From assembly GCF_009914755.1 (NCBI RefSeq), contig NC_060935.1: a stretch of 64,000 nucleotides of DNA; one strand, written 5' to 3'. The position numbers and the translations under genes were made by a program. Below are positions 1 through 15,849 of this stretch, piece by piece. Numbering within the stretch: position 1 is the stretch's first letter; each line of letters opens with the position of its first letter. This stretch comes from the human T2T-CHM13v2.0 reference genome, Homo sapiens. Below the pieces are notes generated by a model. That model was not told the DNA's origin, did no database searches, and saw nothing but the letters and a program-made list of their open reading frames with translations.

Positions 1-604
1 GACACTCCTGCTTTAGATTGCTTCTAGTTTCCTTTTTTTGGTCTAAAATTGAAATGCTAATACACTTTACGATACACATATCTTGCCTACTCATTTGTTT
101 TGTACAGATTTCTAGAAATGAGATTTCAAATGATAGCATACATATTTTCAAAATTTTGAAAGATTTTACCAAATTATCTGCTAATAAGTTTGCACTGATT
201 TATATTTCCCATATATTTTTATGTATTTTCTGTCCTGTTATCCCAACAGGATGTGAGTCAGTAAAACTACTGATAATTTCATGAAAAATATTAGATTGTT
301 TGAATTTATATATGTAAATTATAATAGTTAAGAATAATTTTATTGGACTTCTTGCTTGTATACTTCCTCCTATATGAATAATATAATTCAGTGATTTTTT
401 TCATTTTTTGCCAGGAAGAGTTTGAAAATATATTCCTTCTTTGATTTAAAGACTTTCTTGTTGAACGTTGAGTATATAATTTGCCATTTAGTTTGATTCT
501 TGTAATCTTTAAATATGCTCATCCATGTAAAGTATAGAAACAACTTATGTAAAGTAATAATAAAACTTAAGAAAACTAATTATAAGAATTAGGATACTCA
601 ACTA

Positions 605-1092
<488 letters not shown>

Positions 1093-1754
1093 AACTCTAA
1101 AGTATTCCCATTCTGTAATAAGAATATAACTGACATATTTCTATATAGATCTTTCAAATTTTATCAACTGTATTCATAGACGTTTTATAATTTTGTTTTT
1201 TTGAATTGAGGCATTCTCCTTTTATGTTTTGGATATAGTTATTTGAGATATTTGCTTTGCATTCATAATTTCATAGTTTTGCAATTGTTTTTCTTGACTA
1301 GTTAGGGCAAACATACATTCTATACCTCAATATCTCATTTCCAATAGTTATATAAATTTTTTATTCTATTTTTTGTTGCATTATTTAAAACCTTTAAAAT
1401 ACTGGTGAGAAGGGTTGATATAAAAGTCATTTTTCTGTTATTTTTGTTTGTTGGTACTTTCTTTACTAGATATAGTTTTAATGTGCTTACTCTCTTTTCT
1501 AGTTATAATCTATCATATTTTATTCAATGTATAAATGATACCTTGCTTTCAATATTATAATTGATATAAGGTTGATATTAAATATCTTTATAAAAATTAA
1601 TAATCTACTATTAATAGATAGCGGATAATATGTATGGTTGAACTATAATTCATTTTACTCTCACGATTTAATAGGAAAAGTATTGTTGTGCTTCTTATTG
1701 TTCAGTTGTATATGTTTGCATTTCTGAAGTAATTTCTAATGTCAAATTTTGTGT

Positions 1755-2795
1755 TTTTAACAGATTCACCAAGATATAATTCACATAACATGCAATTCAC
1801 CATTTAAACTGTGTAATTGAATGGTTTTTGGTATATTCCTAGATAAATGTAGCAGTAACATCATCATCAATTTTAAAACATTTAATCTCCTTAAAAAACA
1901 AAACAAAGAACTTTATTTCCTTTAACTATTAGCATTTCCCCTTCACCCCCATCTCGTACTTCAGCTCCAAGCAAACACCTATTTTCTGTCCCCTTAGATT
2001 TTCCTATTGAAGATATTTTATATAAAGGTAATCATACAGTATGTAATCTTTTATGATTGGTTTTCTTTGACTTAACATTTTCAAGGATTGTCCATGTTGC
2101 AGAATGCATCCATACTTCATTCCTTTTTATGGCCAAATAATATTCTATTTTATGGGCCCATACTACATTTTATTTATCCATTAATCAGCTGATGGACATG
2201 TCATTTGTTTCTTTCTTTGGTTCTTATGTATCATGCAGTTTTAACATTTATATATAAGTGATAGTGAAAGAATGTTTTCCTTTCCCTTGGCTATGTATAT
2301 AGGAGTAGAATTGCTGGGTCATATGATAGCTCTATCATGCTTGAGGACCTGAGAGACTCTTCTCCAACCTGTCTAGCATTTTGAATTCCCACCAGCAGTG
2401 ATCAACGGCTCTAATAGCCCACATCATTATCAATCTGTTTAGTTTTGTTTTACTATCACTCACTCACTCTAGTGAGTGTGAAGTGGTATCTCATTGAGGT
2501 GTGAGCTGTATTTCTATCCATACTAATGATGTTAAGCAACTTTTCTCATGTGTGTCTGTGTGTTGTTGGTTTTTTTTTTTTTCATTTTATATCTTCTTTG
2601 AGAAATGTATGTTTAGATTCTTGGCCCATTGTTTAAAAATTGGGTTGTCTTTTCAGTATTCAGTTGCAAATATTCTTTATATATTCTGAACAAAAGTGCT
2701 CTATCATACATTTTACAATATTTTCTCCCATTCTGTAGGTTATCTTTTCATTTTCTTGATACTGCCTTTGAGCATAAATTTTAATTTTAATTTTG
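1755..2795 (-). mobile_element. Old L1M (L1MB-like) 3' end
   Basis: GATATAATTCACATAACATGCAATTCACCATTT 3'UTR start; GTGAAGTGGTATCTCATTG and TTTGAGAAATGT ORF2-end motifs in antisense. Confidence 0.8.
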
Positions 2796-2945
2796 ATATT
2801 TATATAGACACTAAAACTTTCTCATGAGAATTATTTGTATAATACATATAGTTTTTCTTTTTACTCTTAACTTACCTTTGAATTTATATTCAAGTGCCTC
2901 TCTTTTAGACAACATATAGTTGTGTTACATTTTTATTCAGTTTGT

Positions 2946-3340
2946 TGTTACAGGTTGCTAAGGTTTTTAGTGTGTCCTTTCCAAAATTCAGGTGTTGACA
3001 ATATGGTAGTATTAAGAAGTGAGGCCTTTAAGAAGTGATCAAGCCATAAGGACTCCGTCGTGAATGGGATTAGGTGTGCTTTGAAAAACACTTAACTGAA
3101 GAAGATAATCTCTTTTGCTCTACCGCCTTCTTCAATGTGAGGAAACAGTGCTCCTCCTCTCAGAGGATGCAACATCAAGGCACCATGTAGGAAGCAGATT
3201 GCTGCCCTCACTAGACAACTGGATCTGCTGGCACCTTGACTTTGTACTTCTCAGGCATCAGAACTGCGAGAAATACATTTCTGTTATTTTTAAATTGTCC
3301 AGTCTTAGGTATTCTGTTATAGCAGCACAGAAACATATGT
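2946..3340 (+). mobile_element. MaLR solo LTR (MSTC-like)
   Basis: CCAAAATTCAGGTGTTG...AGAACTGCGAGAAATACATTTCTG...GGTATTCTGTTATAGCAGCAC matches the MST LTR layout. Confidence 0.8.
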
Positions 3341-3344
3341 TTAG

Positions 3345-6300
3345 AAAATTTAGAGGTACTATAAATATTGATAAGATTTTGCTTCAGTCTTAGTCCTTTT
3401 ATTTGTTTTTTAAATTCATCTCATTTGTTCTTTTTTCCCCATTTTTCTAATTTTGAATTAATTGCATCAATTGAGAATTTTTATCTTTCTTCTACCTTCG
3501 CTATTAGCTTATTAGCTATAAATTTTATGCTATTTTCCAGCTATTGCTCTAGGATTTAAATAAAACATCCACCTTTATCTTACCACAGTCTACTTTTAAA
3601 CTACATTACACCATTTAATATATGATGTAAGAACCTAATAATGTAGTTAATTTATTTTATCTTTTCATCCACTGAGTAAGATTTATCAAACTTCTAAATT
3701 CGGTATGACATAAATTCTTGAATATTTTTATATTAATTTGAAATGGTTGCATTATATTTTGAATACTTTTTTAATGAAAGAAAATATATATTTATATTGT
3801 TACTTTTTTTATTTGCAGTATTAAATTTCTTAATTCCTTTACGTACATCAATGCTTCCAACTGATTTATATTTTTCAGTCTGAGATTCTTTCTTTAATAT
3901 CTGTTAATGTGCAAATCTAATAGCAACATTCCCTCAGAAGTGTTTGAATTAGTATTTTTTCAATTTTATTCGTGAATGATATTTTTAATTGGAGAAAAAT
4001 TCCATACTGACATTTTTTTCTTTAAGCAATCTAAAGAAATTTTGTTTCATTTCCCCTTGCATTGCTTTGCATATGTGAGCAATAATTCTTACATTTGTCC
4101 CCTTGAACATAATTTATATTTTTGATCTTATGGTGTTCTTTTTATGATTGGATTCTATCAAATTGCATATGAATTGCCTTCGTATGGTTCTTTGTGCTTA
4201 CCATATGTATTAGTCTGTTCTTGCATTGCTGTAAATAACTACCTGAGACTGGCTAATTTATAAAGAAAATTGGTTTAATTGACTTACAGTTCCACAGGCT
4301 GCATAGGAATCATGGCTAGGGAAGCCTCAGGGAACTTATAATCATGGTAGAAGGCAAAGGGGAAGCAGGTACATCTTTACCTTGCACAGCAGGAGACAGA
4401 CTGTGAAGGGGGAAGTGCTACACACTTTTAAACAACCAGACATTGTGAGAAACCACTCACTATCATAAGAACAGCAAGGGAGAAGTTTACTCCCATGATC
4501 CAATCACCACCCACCAGGTCCCTACTCCAACATTTGGGATTACAATATGACATGTAATTTGTGGGAGGACACAGAGACAAACCATGTTATTCTTCCCCTG
4601 GCCCCTCCCAAATCCCACGTCCTTTTCACATTTTGAAACACAATTATGCCTTCCCAACAGTCCCCCAAAGTCTTAACTCATTCCAGCATTAACTCAAAAG
4701 TCCAAAGATCAGTCTCATCTGAGACAAGGCAAGTTCCTCCTACCTGTGAGCCTATAAAGTCAAAAACAACTTAGTTACTTCCAAGATACCATGGGGGTAC
4801 AGGAATTGGGTAAATACACCAATTTTACAAGGCAAAACTCAGCAAAAACGGAAGGGCTACAGACACCACACAAGTATAAAACCCAGCAGGGCAGTCATTA
4901 AATCTTAAAATTCCAAAATAATCTCCTTTGACTCCATGTTTCACATTCGGGCCACACTGATTCAAAGGGTGGGCCCTCAAGGCCTTGAGCACCTCTGCCC
5001 CCATGGCTCTGTAGGGTATAGCTCCGTTGTCTGCTTACACCGACTGACATTAAGTGCTTGCGGCTTTTCCAGGTACATAGTGCAAGCTATTGATGGACAT
5101 ATGATTCTGGGGTCTGGAGAATGGTGGCGCTCTCCTCAAAGCTCCACTATGAAGTGCCCCAGTGGGAACTCTGTGTGGAGGCTCCAACCCCACATTGGCT
5201 GTCCACACTGCCCTAGCAGAGATTTTCCATGAGGGCTCCATCCCTGCAGAAGACTGCTGCCTGGACATCTAGGCATTTCCTTACATCCTCTAAAAGCTAG
5301 GTGGAGTCTTCCAAGCCTCAATTCTTGCCCTCTACACACCCACAGGCTTAACCCCACATGAAAGCTGCCCAGACTTCTGGCTTCTACCTTCTCAGGCAGC
5401 AGCCTGATAGGAATTTAGGGCCCTTTTAGTCATGGCTGGAGCTGGAACAGCAGGGACACAGGGAGCTGTGTCCTGAGGTTTCACAAGACAGCAGGACCCT
5501 GCGTCTGGCAAAAAAAAAAAAAAAAAAAAAAAATTTCCTCTTAGGCCATTGGGCCTGTTTTGAGAGGGGCTGCCTTGAAGGTCTCTGAAATGGCTTTGAG
5601 GCATTTTCCCCACTGTCTTGGCTATTAACATTTGCCTTCTCTGCACTTTTGCACATTTTTACAGCTGGCATGAATTACTCCTCTGAAAATGAGTTTTTCT
5701 TTTCTTCCATGACCAGGCTGCAAATTTTCCACCCTTTTATGCCCTGCTTCTCTTTTAATTTAAGTTCCAGTTTCAGAGCATATCTTTGCTCATGCATATG
5801 ACCACATGCTGTTAGAAGCATCCAGGTAACCTCTTGACTGCTTTGCTGCATAGAAATTTCTTCCATCAGATACTCTAAATTATCACTCTCAAGTTCAAAG
5901 TTCCACAGATCCTACAGGACAGGCACTATGCCACCAGTCTCTTTGCTAGAGCATAGCAAGAGTGACCTTTACTCCAGTTCCCAATAAGTTCCTCTTCTCC
6001 ATCTGAGACCACCTCAGCCTGGGCTTCATTGTCCTTATCACTATCAACATTTTGATTACAACAATTTAACAAGTCTCTAGGAAGTCTCAAACTTTCCTTC
6101 ATCTTGCTGTCTTCTTCTGAACCCTCCAAACTGTTCCTACCTCTGCCCATTACCCAGTTCCAAAGGTGCTTCCATATTTTTAGGTATGTTTATACCAATA
6201 CTCCTGTCCCGGTACTATTTTCTGTATTGCTCGCATTGCTATAAATAACTACCTGAGACTGGATAATTTATAAAGAAAAAAACAGTTTAATTGACTCAGT

Positions 6301-7840
6301 TATGCAGGCTGTACAGGAATCATGCCTGGTAAAGCCTCAGGAAACTTAAAATCATGGTGGAAGGTGAAGGGGAAACTGGCACATCTTCATATAGTGGAAC
6401 AGGTAAGGGGAAAGTGCTACACACTTTTAAAAAAACAGATCTCACGATAACTGACTCAGTATCATGAGAACAGAAAGGGGGAAATCCACTGCTCTGATTC
6501 AATCACCTCCCACCAGACCCCTCCTCCAACAAGGGGGTTTACAATTTAATATGCAATTTGGATGGGGACACAGAGTCAATATCACCCTGCTTCAATTTTA
6601 TTGAATATTTTTAGATTTGTGATTTTACGGTTTTTATCAAATTTAAAAAAAAGTAAATGAATGTTATTTTTTCAGTTTTTTTGTTATTCTTGCTCTCAGT
6701 CATATCCTACTGTGACTCCAGTTACATATGTTTTATAGGGCCTAATATTACCTGACAAAGGCTTTTTTTATTTTTCAATCTTTGAATTCACTAATCCTTT
6801 GTTCTGCAGAGTTCTATTCATTGGTAAGAACATCCAGTGAATAAAAACATGCATTTTTAAAGTAATTTCTTTTTATATTTGTTTCCTTTTTGCATATTAC
6901 ACTTCTCTTCTTTGTATGTTCATGTATTTAGTTGCATTCTTGAGCATATTTACGGTATGCTTTAAAGGATGTGAACTAGTTGAGCCCTATAATCAGGATG
7001 TGACCATTCTGGGGTTTGGACCACCACTTCAGCTCCATGAAATGTGAACATCTTCTAGCCTTGTATATTCTAAAAATTGCTCATTTTAGAGGAATCCAGT
7101 AGTTGATATTTGATTGGCCTTGTGTAATCTTAATCTGTAAGTGTATAATGTGTAATTCAGCTAAAACTCAAAAGATATCATGAAAATATTTGGAGTTATT
7201 TCTCCCTGAAGCTTCCTCCTCTCTAGTATTTTTCTCTACAAATTCTAGTGCCCTTGAATGTTAATGTTTGTCACCTTACTTCAGCAAGACTGCCTAACTA
7301 ATGTACCTCCCATTGAATAATAAAATGCCTACATTCAGAAAGACAGTAATAATAAATATCACATAATTTAATTTCATTCAATACTTTCTGTTGTCTAATG
7401 CCTAAACAATGGACATTTTCTCTATTTTGCCTGTTTATTTCAATTGTTTAAGATGGGAGTATATGTTCTGCATTTGATATTTCTTCATAATTGATGTTTT
7501 GAAATTGTGCACAGGACCTTGTTTATTTATATTGGAGAAACTCTAGATTTTTCGTTTCTTCTGAAGAGGGTTAGTTTTGTGATGATATGCAGTTCAATTA
7601 CTGCCTGGTCACCTTGAGCTTGTGTATACTTGGTTTTAAGTTTTGTTAAGATGCATTACAAGGAGCCTAGATTGTTATCCAAGGCCCTCTATCTTGGGAA
7701 GATTCACCATGCAAATTATAGTTCTCCTTGGACCTTTTAAGGGCTTGGTATTATTGTCCAATTTATTAAAATCTTTGTCTCATTTCTCATATTTTATACA
7801 GTTTTCTGGGCACTTATAATGGGAGGGCTACTTCAGTATC
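3345..7840 (-). mobile_element. Highly diverged L1M ORF1/5' region, interrupted by the MSTA provirus
   Basis: T-rich antisense ORF1-like tracts (3870-4200, 6590-6960) that read continuously across the provirus. Confidence 0.5.
4206..6584 (-). mobile_element. Complete MSTA (ERVL-MaLR) provirus: LTR 4206-4589, internal ~4590-6223, LTR ~6224-6584
   Basis: Two homologous LTRs (shared AAATAACTACCTGAGACTGG and GGGGAAGTGCTACACACTTTTAAA), TG...CA termini, ~1.6-kb internal region with MaLR-int ORF remnants (5926-6150), degenerate 5-bp TSD CCATA/CCCTG. Confidence 0.92.
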
Positions 7841-7850
7841 AACTGTTGCA

Positions 7851-8028
7851 GGCTGAGCACCGAAACTCATGCCTGTAATCCTAGCATTTTGGGAAGCCAA
7901 GGCAGGAGGATCTCTTGAACCCAAGAGTTCAAGACCAGGCTATTAACATTTGCCTTCAGGCAACAAGGTGAGACCCTGCCTCTATTAAAAGTGAAAATAA
8001 TACTAAAATACAATTTTTAAAAGTCTAA
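7851..8028 (+). mobile_element. FLAM/Alu monomer carrying a 20-bp foreign insertion
   Basis: CATGCCTGTAATCCTAGCA...GAGTTCAAGACCAG; TSD-like TATCAACTGTTGCA (7837-7850) / TATCAATTGTTCCA (8029-8042). Confidence 0.85.
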
Positions 8029-8139
8029 TATCAATTGTTCCATCATAGACAGAAATATAAATTAAGGCACAGGGTTTTGTGGTGGTTTGTTACACAGTAT
8101 TATTTTAGCAAGAGTGAACTAATTTCAGTTCCCATCCTA

Positions 8140-8345
8140 TGTACTATCACAGTACAATATATTTTGTGTACCAGAGTATAAATTAAATTACATTGTAACC
8201 AATTATTTTGTTATTTTATGATCCCTACTAGACTTTACACTCTAAGCGGGCAGACACTCTGTTTAAATTGCTCTCTATTACACCTCTACCAATTAGCACA
8301 TTTTTGGCACAAAAATAAATCCTTAAAAATATGTGTTTTAATATT
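8140..8345 (+). mobile_element. L2 3' end
   Basis: CTACTAGACT...GGGCAGACAC...TAGCACA...GGCACA pattern of the L2 terminus. Confidence 0.6.
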
Positions 8346-9060
8346 GAGAAATTAAAATGTTTTTGTCAGTTTAGGCAAAGAGTAGCAACCAAAACCTTAC
8401 AATTGTATCTCCCATAATAGCACAGAATGCTTTAAATATTAGATTATTGAAAAAGAGGTCAGTGCTGACAGTTAACCTCACTGTTCTCCTTTATGAACAA
8501 AAGGAATTTGTCTCTCTCAGCCTTAGACCATTTCAAATTTGCATAATCAAAAACAGCATATTTAACACTTGCTGTTTCTAAAATGAAATCTCCACTTTTA
8601 TATCAGTTATTCTGAAGATGTAAAATGACTTCTAAACCAAGCTGGACAGAGAGAGTATCTATTGACTTATGAAATTTGGACAAGGAAAAGACACAATGAA
8701 AATCTTTGAAAAGCATTATTATAATAGAAATATTATTTTGCATGATATGACAAGCCAACATTTCTAATGTCCAGCTAGGTATGTTAGTAAACCTTTCTGA
8801 GTGTGTTTCTTTTCTGTAAATTCAAAGTGGTTGAGTTGACATACAAGGTTCCTTTCACCTCTAAAATGCTGTGACTATTAAGACAGTTTAATTTATTGCT
8901 AGTAGCAAGTAGCTAACCATTTGGCTAAATAATTCATTCTTATTAGAACATATCTTGAGGTTAGAATTTTTGCACTTAGCCTACAAATTTTTCCTTATAA
9001 AGATCATATTCAGTCTCCCTTTGGAGTAGAAATTATTTTCTAATTCAATGTTTATACTAG

Positions 9061-11182
9061 TTTTTTTTTATTTTAACTTTTATTTTAGATACAGGAGGTA
9101 ACATGAGCAGATTTGTTACATAGGAGTATTGCATGATACTAAGGTTTGGAATATGGATCCCATCACCAAGTTAGTAAGCATAGTACCTGATAGGTAGATT
9201 TTTAGCCCACCTTCCTCTCCCTTCACCCTCTAATAGTCCACAGTGTCTACTGTTTCCACAGAACATGATTTCATTATTTTTATGCCTGCATAATATTTCA
9301 TGGTATATATATGCTACATTTTCTTTAACCAATCTACCACTGATGGACACCTGGGGTTGATTCCATGTCTTTGCTATTGTGAATAGTGCTGTGATGAACA
9401 TGCAAGTGTGTATGTCTTTTTGGTAGAATGATTTATTTCCTTTGGGGTATATATCCAGTAATGGGATGGTTGTATCAAATGGTAGCTCTATTTTTAAGTC
9501 CTTTGCAGAATCTCCAGACTGCTTTATATAGTGGCTGCACTAATTTACATTTCTACCAACAGTGTATAGGCATTCCCTTTTCTCCACAGCCTCACCAGCA
9601 TCTGCTGTTTTCTGACGTTTTAGTAATCGTCATTCTGAGAGGTGTGAGATGATATCTCATTGCGGTTTTGATTTGCATTTCTCTGATGATGAGTAACGCT
9701 GAATATTTTTTCATGTTTGTTGAACACTTGCATATCTTCTCTTGAAAAGTGTCTGTTCATGTCCTTTTCCCATTTTTTTTAAATGGGATTATCTGTTTTT
9801 CACATTTTGATGTGTTTAACCTGTCTGCAGATTCTGGAAATTAGGCCTTTGACAGATGCATAGTTTGAATATCTTCTCTCATTTTATATTTCTCCCAAAA
9901 TACTGGTATAAACATTAAAGAAGAAAATACTTTTTACTCAGTTGATAGTTTCTTTGGTTGGGAAGAAGCTCTTTAGTTTAAATAGGTCCCACTTGTCTAT
10001 TTTTTGTTGCTTTTGGAGACTTAGCCAAACATTCTTTTCCAAGGCTGATGTCGAGAAGAATATTTCCTAGGTTGTCTTCCAGGACTTTTGAAGTTTGAGG
10101 TCTTACATTTAATCTCTAATCCATTTTGAGTTAATTTTTGTATATGGTGAAAAATAGTGGTCCAACTTCAATCTTCTGAATATGGCTAGCCAGTAATCCC
10201 AGCATAATTTATTGAACTGGGAGTCCCTTCCCCATTGTTTCTTTGAGTTGGCCTTGTCAAAGATCAGAGGTTTGTAGGTGTGGCTTTATTTCCAAATCTT
10301 CTATTCTATTCCATTAGTCTATGTATTTGCTGTTGGACCAGTACCAAGCTGTATTGATTGCTGTGGCTTTATAGTATAGTTTGAGCTGCCTCCAGCTTTG
10401 CTCTTTTTGCTTAGGATTGCTTTGGTTGGTTTGGCTCTTTTTTTGGTTCCATATGAATTTTATAATCAATTTTTTCTAATTCTATGATAAATGCTATTAG
10501 TAGTTTGATAAAAATAATATGGAATCTGTAAATTGCTTGGGCAATATGGCCATTTTTATAATGCCGATTCTTTTGATACAGGAGCATTGAATGTTTTTCA
10601 ATTTATTTGTGTCATATCTGATTTCTATCAGCAGTGTTTCATAGATTTTGTTGTAGAGATCTTTCTCCTACTTGGTTAGCTGTATTCCTAGCTACTTCAT
10701 TTTTTGGGGGGCTACTGTAAGTGTAATCATGTTCTTGATTTTACTCTCTGCCTGGACATTGTTGGTATATAGAAGTGCTACTAATTTTTGTACATTGATT
10801 TTCTACCCTGAAACTTTACTAAAGTTGTTTTTCAATTCTAGGAGCCTTTTGGCAGAGTCTCCAGGATGTTTTAGGTAAAGAATCATATCGTCAGCAAAGA
10901 GAGATAGTTTGACTTTTGTTTTTTTTTTTCCTATTTGGAGGCCTTTTATTTTTTTCTCTTCCCTGATTGCTCTAGCTATGAATTCCCGTACTATGTTGAA
11001 TAGGAGTGGTGAGAGTGGGCACGCTTGTATTGTCCTAGTTCTCAAGGGGAATGGTTTGAGCTTTTTGCCCATTCAATAAAATGTTGGTTTTGGGTTTGTC
11101 ACATATGGCTCTTACTTATTTTGAGGTGTGTTCCTTTGACAAATAGTTTGTTGAGAGTTTTTAATCATGAGGGGATGTTGGG
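9061..11182 (-). mobile_element. 5'-truncated L1PA15/16-type LINE-1 (~2.1 kb)
   Basis: Poly(T) tail at 9061; RT remnant (ORF 10803-11072, ...[11 protein letters not shown]...[10 protein letters not shown]); TSD TATACTAGT at 9053 and 11183. Confidence 0.92.
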
Positions 11183-12034
11183 TATACTAGTATTTTTAAA
11201 TTAATTTTATTATTCCTTAGGAAACCATTGTGGGTGTCAAGTAATTCATCCTAAATAAAATTTACAACACATCAATTGTTCTAGAAGAATATGAAAATCT
11301 TATCAAGGAAAATCTGTTTGCCCAGTGCTCTTATAGTTCTCGAATATAACACAACATTAAAAATTATATCACTAGCACAATACTTGTATTTTGCAAATCT
11401 AAAGTTGAGCAGAGATTTTGATTGCTTGCAAAATAGCATTTTTTCTAATCAAAAGTTTGAGAAAATGGCTCCTTTTGTTATCTAAATTAATCAATATATG
11501 TCTGATAAATATATTAGTGGTAGAATTCTTGAAATAAGCAATATATTTCCAGTTTGACTTTCTTGATCCTTAGTATACTTTATTCTAACTTTGTAACTAA
11601 TATAAAAAATGACATTATCCCTGGAAACTGCCTTAAATAGGAAGAAATAATTTGATGTAAATCTATATAACTACTTTTAAGGTTACATTTTGAGGTGATC
11701 TTAGCTAAAAAGAGATAGAGATGACAACAAAAGTTTGCACTACTGTGATATATATGCTAATGATTTTTTAGACAGACAAATAATAATTTAATATACAAAA
11801 TGCATTATAAATTCAAACCCTTTCTGTAAATATACTTTGTTTTTCTATTTTATCTAAATATTGTGCATCGGTACTACTTTGCCTTTACCTTTCTTTACCT
11901 GTAAATATACTCACATGCATGTATCTATCAAATTAACGTTTGAATTCGTAACTTATCACTGTGTATTATGATTTTGTTTCTATAAGGTTAACTATTGTTT
12001 GCATCTACAAACTGCAAAGACCACAAAATGACAT

Positions 12035-13800
<1,766 letters not shown>

Positions 13801-13829
13801 TTATAGCCAAAATACTCTTCTGCATGATG

Positions 13830-14120
13830 AAAGAAAGCTTATCTTGTAAAAAAAAAAAAATTAAGCTGAAACCTGTAAGATAAATAGTTAATATATGAAA
13901 AGAGAAGAAGACAGTGTTCCAGGCAAGAGGAAAATGTGAGGTGGAGAGAAACTTTGTGAGTTTCAGAAACAAACGGTCAGTATAGACTTTGTGAATCTTT
14001 TTGCAGTTCAATAAATTATATGCCCTATAGAGACAGAATCTCCTAGTAATACAGGTAGAAGTGTGACAGTGACATTAAGATCACATACATTGTTTTATTT
14101 GAGGAGTTACAAATCATTTT
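13830..14120 (-). mobile_element. L2 fragment
   Basis: GTGTTCCAGGCAAGAGGAAA purine-rich antisense L2 motif. Confidence 0.45.
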
Positions 14121-14890
14121 AGCTTCTTTCTCTTGTAGACATTCCTAAAGTAGAAATAATATGAACAGTGGAAGAACATTGCCAGTCTGTAACTGGGAAA
14201 AGCCAGTGGAGCAGTCTCAAAATAAAAAAAACAAATCTACCTACAAAACAGATCTTGTATTTGTCCACATTTCCTCCATACTCATTACGATCACCTTAAT
14301 ATCAATTTTTCAAGTGATCTTCCTGTTACTTATGATGTTATTCTGCTACCCTCAGACCTAGATAATTAGCAGAGTAGAAGTTAACTCCCTGATGCTTTTC
14401 CTTGTCATAAGCATGTCTTTTTAGCAAACAATGTTTTAAATTATGGTATTTATTTACTTATGAGACATGTGAGGCTAAACATTATTTGAGGCATCTAGAA
14501 TAATAAGTTGAAATGCTTGAGAAAAATCCAAGTATAATTCTATTGAAGGGCAGGAAGAGAAAATAATCAACTTTTAGATGATAACTAACAATTAATTAAA
14601 ATAAACAAACACATTAATAAACTTGAATTCCACTTGTTAAAAAAACTGTGAACAATCAAGTAAAGTTCTACTTTTTACTAAGCTTTTAACATAAAAGTAA
14701 GTGATGTGCGGCTTTTGTATTCCTTTGTGCCTACTCCTATACCATCTCAATCCCTGAGTTAAATTCACAATCACAACTTTGTTGTAAACTATAATGGGTT
14801 GAGTCCAGATCTCCTGTAATTGCTTCATCTTTCATGCTAAATTCTGGTTCTCCTCTCATTGACAGGTAGGCATGTTGGTTCTAATTTTAA

Positions 14891-15219
<329 letters not shown>

Positions 15220-15797
15220 AAGAAGTAATATTGAAGAAAAGGTTTTGAATTCAAGGATTCAGAGTAAATTATGCAAAACATTTTTTATAAATTCTGAGTC
15301 AAACAGGAGTGGGAACGAACATTAGAATGAATGATGACTAGTAATATTATTTTATGAAACACTTTTTTCTTAGCACTATGTAGGGAACGCCTCTCAACAC
15401 GAAATAACACAGATTCCTTAGAGTCAAGCATCGTTGACAGTTTCTGGTTATAGGGGTGTTTGAATCGCCTGTGCTTGTTTTTCTTTCCTTGCCTAATTTC
15501 TTACTTAAACAGAGTAATTACTGGTACTAGCTATGGCCATTTTAGTTTGCTGTCTTAATTATGCTTTGCAGAGGTAAAAATATAATTAACTGGAAAAAGT
15601 GTTAATGTATTCATATTTTCTATGCCAGAATTTTGAGGTGCAAGGACAAAGCCAATGTAAATGTCCAACTACTGCATAAACTGAGTATAGTCCAAGGACC
15701 TCAAAATAAAGCGTGTTTTTTATTGACCCTGCAGATAGATCTTTGTATAGTGAAGGTAAACACGCTCTTCTTAAAAGCATTCTACTGGAAATGAAGC

Positions 15798-15831
<34 letters not shown>

Positions 15832-15849
15832 AGCGTGCGTGTGTGTGTG
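15798..15849. repeat. (TG)n/(CG)n compound microsatellite
   Basis: (TG)13 CGCGCG TG A GCGTGCG (TG)5. Confidence 0.95.

Noticed and set aside
4936-6150. Cluster of short ORFs
   Set aside because: Broken MaLR internal sequence.
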